Part shown: piece by piece, positions 45,173-53,406 of the stretch | Layout: each line of letters begins with the position of its first letter | Numbering within the stretch: the first letter of the stretch is position 1 | Assembly: GCA_900315595.1 (NCBI GenBank) | Contig: OMZQ01000001.1 | Span: forward strand, 111,775-175,774 | Source of the DNA: an uncultured Eubacteriales bacterium | GTDB taxonomy: Bacteria > Bacillota > Clostridia > Oscillospirales > Oscillospiraceae | Length of the DNA stretch: 64,000 nucleotides | Reading direction: 5' to 3' | Position numbers and translations under genes: made by a program | The notes under the pieces: model-generated | What the model was told of the DNA's origin: nothing | The model's input: only the letters and a program-made list of their open reading frames with translations | Database searches by the model: none

Positions 45173-46063
45173 TTATACGTCGTAGGTGTTGTCTACGGCT
45201 TTGAGCTCGCGGAAGGTATCGATCTCAACAATGTCAGCATCGAAGCACTCGCGAATCTCCACGTTGTAGCGGTCGCGGCGATAGACCAGCGGAACCTGCT
45301 CCCAGTACCGTTCCTTGCCGCCGGGCGAATGATAGATATCCTCAATATCCTGAGACAGCTTATGTCCGTCCGCCTCGTTCCAGTACGAGATGCCGACCAT
45401 CTGCCAGCAGTTCTCGCCGCCGACCTTTTCCTCCACGATCACGCCGTTTTTGACCTCAAAGCACCAGTCGTCGGTGCGCTCCTTGTGGATGGCAAGGAAA
45501 TTGGAGGAATAGTGGTATTTCTTGATAATGGACGGATTCGAAAGCAGAAGGTCCGCTTCAAACACGTAGGCGCCGGAAAGCAGATACCGCGCAACCAGAG
45601 CGCTGGAAATGTTGTTCGCTTCGTTATAAACGGGGTTTTCCAGGAAGCGGATCATAGGATACTTATAAAGAAGCTGATCAAACTGCTCTGCCAGATAACC
45701 GCGGATGATACAGATTTCGTTGATTCCCGCCGCAAGACAGGCGTCGATCAGACGGTCAATAATCCGAACGCCGCGAATCCGGACGAGGGGCTTGGGGGTG
45801 TTCAGGGTGATGGGGACCAATCGAGATCCAAACCCGGCCGCGAGAAAGATGGCTCGCTTGACGCGATAGGGCTCGAGCGCAATCAGTCCGTTTTCAGTGA
45901 TCGCGCCGTTCTGCACAAAACCAAGCTCATTCAGCTCACGCACACACCGGTTGATCGCGCCAAGAGAATGGCCGGTCATCTTTTCAATGTCTCTTTGGGT
46001 CAACGGGCGCTTGCTGGACGCGAGGACGTTCATAATATCAAATTGCCTACGGGTTAATTCCAT
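45173..46063 (-). CDS. Winged-HTH fused to LicC-like nucleotidyltransferase (phospho-base cytidylyltransferase family)
   Basis: 296 aa. The N-terminal 60 aa are MarR-like (LTQRDIEKMTGHSLGAINRCVRELNELGFV). This is followed by LAAGFGSRLVPITLNTPKPLV, the NTP-transferase glycine loop, and LicC-like length. Confidence 0.7.
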   Translation of the reverse strand: MELTRRQFDIMNVLASSKRPLTQRDIEKMTGHSLGAINRCVRELNELGFVQNGAITENGLIALEPYRVKRAIFLAAGFGSRLVPITLNTPKPLVRIRGVRIIDRLIDACLAAGINEICIIRGYLAEQFDQLLYKYPMIRFLENPVYNEANNISSALVARYLLSGAYVFEADLLLSNPSIIKKYHYSSNFLAIHKERTDDWCFEVKNGVIVEEKVGGENCWQMVGISYWNEADGHKLSQDIEDIYHSPGGKERYWEQVPLVYRRDRYNVEIRECFDADIVEIDTFRELKAVDNTYDV

Positions 46064-46195
46064 TCAATACTCCTTTCTGGTTGTTCAAAACGAAGCAAAA
46101 GAAGAAAATAAAGTGAACAAAATAGATTGCAATTCACAGAAACAGAACACATAAATCGGCCCTGTTCAAACTTCGGGCCGAAAAAGGGCTTTTCT

Positions 46196-46224
46196 GTTTG
46201 ATTTCATTATAGCAATCAATTGCA
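46196..46224 (-). promoter_or_regulatory. Perfect-consensus sigma-70 promoter upstream of the HTH-LicC gene
   Basis: Minus strand: TTGACA (46224-46219), 17-nt spacer, TATAAT (46201-46196). Predicted leader is about 125 nt to ATG 46063. Confidence 0.6.
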
Positions 46225-46314
46225 GCTTTGTCAACTGAAAACGACAAAAAGCAATGACATCATAGTTTGAAACGATCAGAGGAATCCTGATGAAGCTGTT
46301 CAAAACAGCAGGAA

Positions 46315-46348
46315 CGTGCCGACGCTTGGAAAAGCAAGCGTCGGCACG
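46315..46348 (-). terminator. Terminator hairpin after the DMT transporter gene
   Basis: CGTGCCGACGCTTG-N6-CAAGCGTCGGCACG, a 14-bp stem 40 nt after the stop at 46388. The T-run is only distal. Confidence 0.4.
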
Positions 46349-46387
46349 CAGACAGATCCGCTCGTTTCGCGGTATCACGCGGCGGTA

Positions 46388-47287
46388 CTATGCGTTCTTT
46401 GAGCTACGCTGCACGCCCCAGATGCCCAGCAGAATCAGCGCAGTGAAGCCCAGCGCCGCCCAGGAGAAGGGCTCACGCAGGAAGACGACGCCGGCGAAGA
46501 CGGAAACCGCAGTCGTCAGATTGGCAAAGGCCGTCTCTCTGGCGACCGGAAGACGGGTCAGCGCGTAGCTGGAGCAGAAGAAGCACAGCACGGAGCAGAA
46601 CACCGAGAGAAAGAGCATCGGGAGCGTATAATGCCAGTCTCCGATGGGACGGACGTAGGCGGCGAGGTCTCCCCTGCCGCGAATCAGCGCGATCATCGTG
46701 AATACCACGGCGCCGATGCCCATCATGGCATAGGTGCGGGCATAGGCCGAGGTCGTCCGGGAAAGGCTGCGGCCGAGCAGCGTATAGGCCGTGGCGGAGC
46801 AGACGGCAAGGATCAGCGCGGCGACGCCGATCCAGTCCAGACGGCCCGAGGATCGGCTGAGCAGACCGATCCCGATCACGCCGACGACGGAAAGGACGCC
46901 GAAAATCAACTGCCCCGGGGTAGGCTTTTCACGCAGAAACGGCCAGGCGGCGAGGGTGGAAAAAATCGGGATCATGCCGATCATCAGCCCGGAAAAGCTG
47001 GTTGTGGAATGCAGAATGCCGTACTGCTCTCCGAAAAAGTAGAAGACCGGTTGGGCAAGGCCGAGCGCCAGCAGGAGCAGGACCTGTCTGCGGCTGAGAC
47101 GCATGGAGCGAAGCTCGCGGGGACGAAGGTGCATCAACAGGAAGGCGATCAAAAACCGGTGGCTCAATAGCGTAAAAACGTCCGTCTGATTCAGACAGAT
47201 CCGGGAGGCGAGGAAGCTGACGCCCCAGCATCCATGACAAAAGACGTCGGCAAGGCTCGCCTTTGCGGTTTCAGACAGCTTGTTCAT
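46388..47287 (-). CDS. EamA/DMT-family transporter
   Basis: About 299 aa from ATG 47287 (GGAGAAGGA RBS inside the upstream gene, 17-nt overlap). Ten TM in two EamA repeats. Alternative start at 47320. Confidence 0.8.
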   Translation of the reverse strand: MNKLSETAKASLADVFCHGCWGVSFLASRICLNQTDVFTLLSHRFLIAFLLMHLRPRELRSMRLSRRQVLLLLALGLAQPVFYFFGEQYGILHSTTSFSGLMIGMIPIFSTLAAWPFLREKPTPGQLIFGVLSVVGVIGIGLLSRSSGRLDWIGVAALILAVCSATAYTLLGRSLSRTTSAYARTYAMMGIGAVVFTMIALIRGRGDLAAYVRPIGDWHYTLPMLFLSVFCSVLCFFCSSYALTRLPVARETAFANLTTAVSVFAGVVFLREPFSWAALGFTALILLGIWGVQRSSKNA

Positions 47288-48428
47288 TCGTATCCTTCTC
47301 CGTATATTCTCCGTACTCACAGCCGACGTGACCGACGTCTACGGTGTCGATCAGCACCGGTTTCCCGTGTTCCTTCTCATACAGCTTTACCGTTCCCCAG
47401 CCGTTGCCGCCGTTCCAGAGGCGGTTGTGCCGCCGCTCTCCGTTCGGGGCCTCGTAATGGATCCAGAGCATCTCCGAGCGGCGGCAGAAGATCTCCGTCT
47501 CCATGACCGCGTGGATATTTTCCTGCCGCACGTGCCAGGTCATGAGCTCGTCGCCCTCGGTGAAGGAAAACTCGGTTTTGACGTTCAGCCAGAGGTGTGA
47601 GAAATTGAAATCATACTCTTTTCCCTCATAGCAGAAGACGCCGAGCAGACGGCGCTCGATGGGGACGAAATAGACCTTCGGTCTTCCGCCTCCGATGTCA
47701 AAGGCGGAATGCTCCAGGCGTTTGCCGGTCTTTCGGCTGACCAGGTCCGAGGAGGCCAGCCAAAGCCAGGGAGTCGTGAAGTCGCGGCCCCAGTTTTTAT
47801 CGGCGTAACCAAAGCTCTTTTCCGGGGTGACGACGTAGCGGCGGCCGTTGAATTCGACGGTGCCGGAGAAGGCCGTCTTCATGCCCTCGACATGCCAGAA
47901 CATTGCAAAGGTCTCCAACTCGCGGAAGGGCGCGGAGGTCCCGTAGCCGACGTTGAAGGCGATCTGCTTATCCATATGCAGATCGAAGCGCATGGAACCG
48001 GCGTCACACATCCATTCCGGGTGGGCAGCGGCATCGGCCCGGGAGACCGCAACGGAGCCGGACAGACGGAATTCCGAGGCGTGGCAGTCGCCGGCCTGGA
48101 CCCAATAGGGCGCGCCGTCATGGATCCGGACCTCATCCCAGCCGAAGAATCGGTGGAGCTGGCAGGGGTTCTTTCCCCAGGCGCCGACCTTGACCATCAG
48201 GTATGAGGGCCGCTTGCCTGCCGCACGGTTTTCCGGCAGCTGACCGAAGACCGGTTTCGGTCCGCCGAGGGCGGGATTACAAACGAAAAACTCAATGAAG
48301 AAAGGTTGGTCGGCTCCGGTCTCCGCGTCCTGCGCGGTAAACGAATGCCACCACCAATCGTAGCCGCAATAGCGCTCCGCGCCGTGGAGCATGTAGGCGT
48401 TTCTCTCGTAGTCATGCACGTTGAACAT
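47271..48428 (-). CDS. Tocopherol cyclase-like family protein (PF14249-like), function unknown in bacteria
   Basis: 385 aa. FGYADKNWGRDFTTPWLWL resembles the xKNWG..FP..WxW signature of the tocopherol cyclase family. Cytoplasmic, beta-rich. Confidence 0.55.
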   Translation of the reverse strand: MFNVHDYERNAYMLHGAERYCGYDWWWHSFTAQDAETGADQPFFIEFFVCNPALGGPKPVFGQLPENRAAGKRPSYLMVKVGAWGKNPCQLHRFFGWDEVRIHDGAPYWVQAGDCHASEFRLSGSVAVSRADAAAHPEWMCDAGSMRFDLHMDKQIAFNVGYGTSAPFRELETFAMFWHVEGMKTAFSGTVEFNGRRYVVTPEKSFGYADKNWGRDFTTPWLWLASSDLVSRKTGKRLEHSAFDIGGGRPKVYFVPIERRLLGVFCYEGKEYDFNFSHLWLNVKTEFSFTEGDELMTWHVRQENIHAVMETEIFCRRSEMLWIHYEAPNGERRHNRLWNGGNGWGTVKLYEKEHGKPVLIDTVDVGHVGCEYGEYTEKDTNEQAV

Positions 48429-48451
48429 TTGCTTCTATTCCTTTCGATCCG

Positions 48452-48480
48452 AAAAAGGACCGGCATGCGGCCGGTCCTTT
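48452..48480 (-). terminator. Rho-independent terminator of the cap operon
   Basis: Minus strand: AAAGGACCGGC-CGCAT-GCCGGTCCTTT followed by TTCGG. Lies 6 nt after the ggt stop. Confidence 0.65.
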
Positions 48481-48485
48481 CGGAA

Positions 48486-50174
48486 TCAGTGCTCGTAGTT
48501 GTAGACCATCGCGCTGGAGGTGTCTCTGCGGAGATCACACACAGCGTAGAGGCCGTCGGTCGGATCGTAACCGACAATGGACGTACAGCCGAAGATCAGA
48601 TGGGAATTGGAGTAATAGTAGAGCTTGTCAATTTTGTTTACGTCCACAATGTTCGCATGCTGATCCTGCGATTCGATGCAAAGCAGTCCGTCAGAATCAT
48701 AGAAGGCCCTTCCGCGGTCAACCGCTGTCTGAACGTCAGTGCCCCTGCGGATGATGTCGATCAGAACGGGAGCGATCAGCTTCGGGATCTCGACGCCGCC
48801 GGGCGTACCGATCGCAAGCAGCTCACCCTGCGGGCCGACGCAGATGATCGGAGAGAAATGCGTTCTGGGCCGTTTTCCCGGCTCATAGGCATTTTTGCCT
48901 TCGCCGCCGAAGTTCGTCAGCGCATCGTTCAGATAGAAGCCGCCGACGCAGATATAGGAGCCCCAGGTATTGGAGAGAGAATTCGTCACGCAGACGATCA
49001 GGCCGTTGTTGTCAATGACCGCAAACTGCGTCGTGCACTCCCGTTCCGGGTCGTCCATCCAGTTGTAATTGCTCAACGAGGCGATCCGCTTCTGAAGGTA
49101 TTCCTCCGAAAGAGAGGACTTGGGCCGGAATTTATAGAAATCCGGGTCAACCAGACGAGCGGAGCGGCTCTTATAGGCGACGGTGGTCGCCGTCTGGAGG
49201 ACGTCGAGATAGCCGTCGGGATCAACGGCGGGATCGGGAATGTCGAGCATTTCCGCAACCTTCAGCATTTGAAGAACGGTCAGGCTCGAGGACGGCGCAT
49301 AGCTGCCGAGCATCTTCCAGCCGTTGAACTCAGAGCGAACCACCTTGCGGACCTTTGCCTCATAGTTGGCAAGGTCTTCCGTGGTCAGCGAGCATTTTTC
49401 GGCGATCTTCTCCGCGATCTCACCGCGGTAGAACGCATCGGAGCCGCCGGCCTGGATGGCACGGAAGGTTTCCGCAAGCTCCTTCTGCTTGAGAACGTCG
49501 CCCTCGCGCAGATTGGTGAACGCCGGATTGTAGCGGCGAAGATTATCGGAGAAGCTCAGGCGGTAGATGAACATATCGGAGGCGGTGAAGCCCTCCTCGG
49601 CATAGTCAATGCTGGGCTGAATGACGTCCGCCAGAGACATCGTGCCCCAGAGCTCAAGCGCTTTTTCCATGCCGGCAACGACGCCGGGAACCGCAACCTG
49701 GTCTGTCATGACGGGAGACGAGCCCGCGCAGCCGTAATAGTCCAGCGTTGTCGCTTTTCCGGTCTTGCTGTCATAAACGAGCATAATGCCGCCTCCGCCG
49801 ATGCCGGAGGAGTAGGGCTCGCTGACAGAAAGCATAAAGGAGATCGCGGCGGCGGCGTCCACGGCATTTCCGCCGGAGGAAAGAATCTGCATACCGACGC
49901 GCGTGGACTCCTCCGTGGAGCTGGAAACGGCAAAGCCGCCCATCGTTTCCACGACAGGAGCCGGAGATACGGTCTCCTCCGTGGTCTGCTCCTCATCCTC
50001 TGCGGTCAGATCCTCGGGATCAACGATACCGGACTCACCGGTGGCGTGACCCGCGGCGGAATCCGAGGTGGCGGCGCTGTTTCCGTTGCCGGAACAGGCC
50101 GTCATGGAACAGAGCAGACAAATCAGCAGCAGGCCGGCGATCCATCGCCGGATCTTCATTTGATTACGGATCAT
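48486..50174 (-). CDS. Gamma-glutamyltransferase family lipoprotein (CapD-like position in the cap operon)
   Basis: 562 aa from ATG 50174, which follows AAGGAGG. Signal peptide with lipobox-like SMTAC. Autoprocessing/nucleophile region ECTTQFAV and GGxG loops of the GGT family. Confidence 0.85.
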   Translation of the reverse strand: MIRNQMKIRRWIAGLLLICLLCSMTACSGNGNSAATSDSAAGHATGESGIVDPEDLTAEDEEQTTEETVSPAPVVETMGGFAVSSSTEESTRVGMQILSSGGNAVDAAAAISFMLSVSEPYSSGIGGGGIMLVYDSKTGKATTLDYYGCAGSSPVMTDQVAVPGVVAGMEKALELWGTMSLADVIQPSIDYAEEGFTASDMFIYRLSFSDNLRRYNPAFTNLREGDVLKQKELAETFRAIQAGGSDAFYRGEIAEKIAEKCSLTTEDLANYEAKVRKVVRSEFNGWKMLGSYAPSSSLTVLQMLKVAEMLDIPDPAVDPDGYLDVLQTATTVAYKSRSARLVDPDFYKFRPKSSLSEEYLQKRIASLSNYNWMDDPERECTTQFAVIDNNGLIVCVTNSLSNTWGSYICVGGFYLNDALTNFGGEGKNAYEPGKRPRTHFSPIICVGPQGELLAIGTPGGVEIPKLIAPVLIDIIRRGTDVQTAVDRGRAFYDSDGLLCIESQDQHANIVDVNKIDKLYYYSNSHLIFGCTSIVGYDPTDGLYAVCDLRRDTSSAMVYNYEH

Positions 50175-50201
50175 AGAACCTCCTTCTGAGGCCGAATGCA
50201 T

Positions 50202-51446
50202 TTATTCGTGCAAATCGACCTGGAACGGGATCTGGATCAATCCCGATTCGGTGATCGTATAGGAGCCTTCCGGCAGGGATTCCGTCAAAACGTCCTGGAT
50301 CTGCGAAAGATACAGGGAGTTGTCGGTTACGTGGGGGCGGAATTCATCGATGTGCATCGGGATCAGTGTGAAGACCACGGCTCCGGTTTCCCGATTGACG
50401 TTCATCTGGAGCAGGGTGGTATTCCGCGCGGGGCGCTGACCCTGATCAAAAACGAAGTTGCCGAGGCTGTAGAAAATAATGCCGTTTTTATAGAATTCAA
50501 CGGGCTGCAGAACGTGCGGATGGCAGCCGATGACAACGTCCGCGCCGGATTCAATGAGCTGATGGGCGATCTTCCGCTCGGAGTCCGTCACGGTGGGAAC
50601 GTTTTCCTTGCCGAAGTGAACGTATGCGATCGTGACGTCGGACTCCAGAGAGGCCTTCAGCAGATTGCGGTAGGTACGGCTGTTGTTCGTGGAGCAAACG
50701 CCGTAATCATCGACGGTCGCGGCAAAATGCGGCGGAACGAAATTGGTGCAGGCAACATAGCCGACCTTCATGCCGTCTGCGTCCAGAACGCGATACGAAG
50801 GCGCTTCCTCCCAGTTGGCGCCCGCGCCGGCGTATTCGGCGCCGAACTCGGTAATGCTCTCCAGCGTCTCCCGGAGCGCAGTCCGGCCGTAGTCAACCGC
50901 ATGGTTATTTGCGACGGAGAAGACGTTGATTCCTGCGTCTACCGCGGCCTTCAGACCGTCCCGCGTGCCGTGAATGACCAGCTTATCCGCTTCCGGATAG
51001 TCGTCCTTATCGCCGTTCAGGATCGCGCATTCCAGATTCGCGAAAACGAGGCTGGAATTCTCCCAAAGCGGCTTGACGCAGGAGAAGATTTCGTCGTAGC
51101 CTTTCTTTTCCCCGTAGGTCTGGACGTAACGCCCGACCATAAGGTCTCCGGCAAAGGAGAACTGAACCTCGTTCTCGCCGACGGGAACCAGAGGCTTCTG
51201 CTGCATCGTATTGAGCGCATGACTGCGGACTGCGCCGCCGACGATCACCAGAACGAGCAGTACGAGAGACGCAGCCAGCACACGAAGTGCGCCGGGCTTT
51301 GTCCTGCCCATGCGATCCCGACGTGACACGATCTGCATCTTCTGGGCGAAAGAAAGATGGTGGGTGGCAGGATCGACCTTCTTTGCAAGCTCGACGTGAC
51401 TGGCGCGCGCACGCATCAGAGAATTGATTTTACTGATATTCTGCAT
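50202..51446 (-). CDS. capA: CapA/PgsA poly-gamma-glutamate synthesis protein (PGA_cap metallophosphatase fold)
   Basis: 414 aa. N-terminal cytoplasmic tail plus TM, then FSFAGDLMVGRYV ... NLECA ... VANNHAVDYG motifs. Start lies 1 nt after the capC stop. Confidence 0.85.
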   Translation of the reverse strand: MQNISKINSLMRARASHVELAKKVDPATHHLSFAQKMQIVSRRDRMGRTKPGALRVLAASLVLLVLVIVGGAVRSHALNTMQQKPLVPVGENEVQFSFAGDLMVGRYVQTYGEKKGYDEIFSCVKPLWENSSLVFANLECAILNGDKDDYPEADKLVIHGTRDGLKAAVDAGINVFSVANNHAVDYGRTALRETLESITEFGAEYAGAGANWEEAPSYRVLDADGMKVGYVACTNFVPPHFAATVDDYGVCSTNNSRTYRNLLKASLESDVTIAYVHFGKENVPTVTDSERKIAHQLIESGADVVIGCHPHVLQPVEFYKNGIIFYSLGNFVFDQGQRPARNTTLLQMNVNRETGAVVFTLIPMHIDEFRPHVTDNSLYLSQIQDVLTESLPEGSYTITESGLIQIPFQVDLHE

Positions 51447-51447
51447 G

Positions 51448-51894
51448 TCAGATCACCCGCATCAGAAGCTGCACGATCCCAAAGGTCAGATAGGAGACCG
51501 CCAAAACAGCGGGAATCGTGATGTGGACGCCCTGCTTGATCGTCGTATGTGCGATCAGAGCCGGGGTAATGACGCCGATCCCACGGAAAGCAAGCGTTGC
51601 AAACGGGAGGGTCGGAACGAAAAAGTCTGCGAGCAGCTTGAACACCAGACCAACCAGGATGCAGGCAACGAATTTGCGCTTGCCGAACAGCAGGATAAAG
51701 CGCGGCAGGACGAATTCGACGACCAGATAGGTCAGAAGCGCGATCAGAAGCACGATGCCGACGGAAAGAAGATCGTCGCAAATCATAGCCAGATATCCGG
51801 CAACGATCACACCGCCCGAGGAAATGCCAAAGAATTCTTCAACGGCAAGGCTCAACAGCAGGCCCACGATCAGGGCAATATAAAATTCACTCAT
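51448..51894 (-). CDS. capC: CapC/PgsC poly-gamma-glutamate synthesis membrane protein
   Basis: 148 aa, four TM. SGGVIVAGYLA and GIGVITPALIAH resemble B. subtilis PgsC. Confidence 0.85.
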   Translation of the reverse strand: MSEFYIALIVGLLLSLAVEEFFGISSGGVIVAGYLAMICDDLLSVGIVLLIALLTYLVVEFVLPRFILLFGKRKFVACILVGLVFKLLADFFVPTLPFATLAFRGIGVITPALIAHTTIKQGVHITIPAVLAVSYLTFGIVQLLMRVI

Positions 51895-51918
51895 ATCTCT
51901 GTATCCTCCGAAAGGGAT

Positions 51919-53208
51919 TTAGGAATTGCGAACGCTGGCGGCGTCCTCGACGGCGCCGGAATTTGCGCTCTGGCCCAGCTTGGTGAGATCGCTGCGGTTA
52001 TCGCTGGTGCCGAGCAGGCTTCTCGGATTCAGCGCACGGACGGCCTCCAGGAACTCCTCACCGATTCCGTGGATATTACCGATGCAGAACAGAATATGCT
52101 CATCCAGCAGCGGGGTAAGCTCGTTCATGATCTGGCGCACGGTGCGGTTGCTGAGATTCCGGTATTCCGTCACGTTCGGCAGCTTGCCGCGCTGATAGGC
52201 GTGGTCGATCGGCTCGGCCTTCTCACCGATCACGAACAGACGGATCGGACCCATCAGGGACAGGCAGTCCCTGGCGAACTGAATGGAGCGGTCAACGCGG
52301 TCCGGGCGGCAGTTCATCACGACGATCGGGTCCTCCTTCGGCAGATCCATGTCCTTCAGGTATTCCCAGATCTCAAGCGTGGAAGCAGGCTCGTTCGCGG
52401 CGAAGGCGTTGATCAGCCAGGAGTGCAGGTTCTTATTCCGGACCTCCTCGATGCGCAGAGCGCCGGGGTCGGGATGGGCGCGAAGCATGCCGCGGAACGA
52501 AACGTCGTCGGGGATCCCCAGGGCGCGGGCCACGTTCAGCGCCATCACGCAGTTGTTTTCGAAGATCTTATAGTCGAACTTCTCCAGATAGCCCTCCGGA
52601 AGAATACCGGGCTTCGCAACGACCAGCTTTGAGCCGCGGTCCTCGGCGATCGCACGGAAATACTCCGTGTATTCGCAGTCGGGCACGACGGCAATCCCGT
52701 GATAGGGGATCGTATCGCCAAAGGCCCAGGCGAGCTGATCCAGCGTGGGGCCCATCTCGTCCAGATGGTCCTCCAGAACGTTGACGATGACCACGATCCC
52801 GCCCTTGAGAATGTCGTGCTGAAACACCTTCTGATAGTCGGGGCGGACAGCCATACACTCGCAGACCAGGGCGTCTGCGCCGGCCTTTGCGGCCTTGTTG
52901 ATGACGCGGATCTGTTCGCTGATCGACACGCCGCGGGGCTTGCGGACGATCTCTTCCTCCTCCTCGCGGTCCCAGTAGATCATGCGGGCTGCCGTGCCGG
53001 TGGTCTTGCCGACCACGTGATAGCCCGCTTCCTGAAGGATGCGGGTGATCAGACGGGTGATGGTGGATTTACCGCGAATACCGTTGACGTTGACGCGAAT
53101 CTTCAGCTTTTTCAGATTGCGTTCGTTTCTGCGTTTTTCAAGCAACAACAGGCCGACCGCGATCCCGATCAGGACGACCACGATCAGATAAAACTGCCAG
53201 GATAACAT
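51919..53208 (-). CDS. capB: CapB/PgsB poly-gamma-glutamate synthase (Mur ligase-like amide ligase)
   Basis: 429 aa, collinear with B. subtilis PgsB as I recall it: VNVNGIRGKSTITRL, VGKTTGTAARMIYW, ECMAVRPDYQ, NVLEDHLDEMGPTL, NCRPDRVDRS. Confidence 0.9.
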   Translation of the reverse strand: MLSWQFYLIVVVLIGIAVGLLLLEKRRNERNLKKLKIRVNVNGIRGKSTITRLITRILQEAGYHVVGKTTGTAARMIYWDREEEEEIVRKPRGVSISEQIRVINKAAKAGADALVCECMAVRPDYQKVFQHDILKGGIVVIVNVLEDHLDEMGPTLDQLAWAFGDTIPYHGIAVVPDCEYTEYFRAIAEDRGSKLVVAKPGILPEGYLEKFDYKIFENNCVMALNVARALGIPDDVSFRGMLRAHPDPGALRIEEVRNKNLHSWLINAFAANEPASTLEIWEYLKDMDLPKEDPIVVMNCRPDRVDRSIQFARDCLSLMGPIRLFVIGEKAEPIDHAYQRGKLPNVTEYRNLSNRTVRQIMNELTPLLDEHILFCIGNIHGIGEEFLEAVRALNPRSLLGTSDNRSDLTKLGQSANSGAVEDAASVRNS

Positions 53209-53406
53209 AGCATTCCCCTATCTGTATTCGGATGCTGCAATAAACCTTTTGCACCGATACTCTATCAATTATAATCAAACAGTCCGATTATAGCACGCAG
53301 GGACGGATATGTCCACAAGGATCTTTCAAAATCGGATATTTTTCCAAAAATTCATGGGTTCTCGACAATTCGCCGCCGAAAAAGCTTGTGTTCATTCATC
53401 GGTTCG

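Noticed and set aside
43667-46057. 796-aa plus-strand ORF
   Set aside because: It lies antisense to the APC permease and the HTH-LicC genes, both of which have strong family motifs. The plus frame is Gly/Asp/His/Arg-rich junk.
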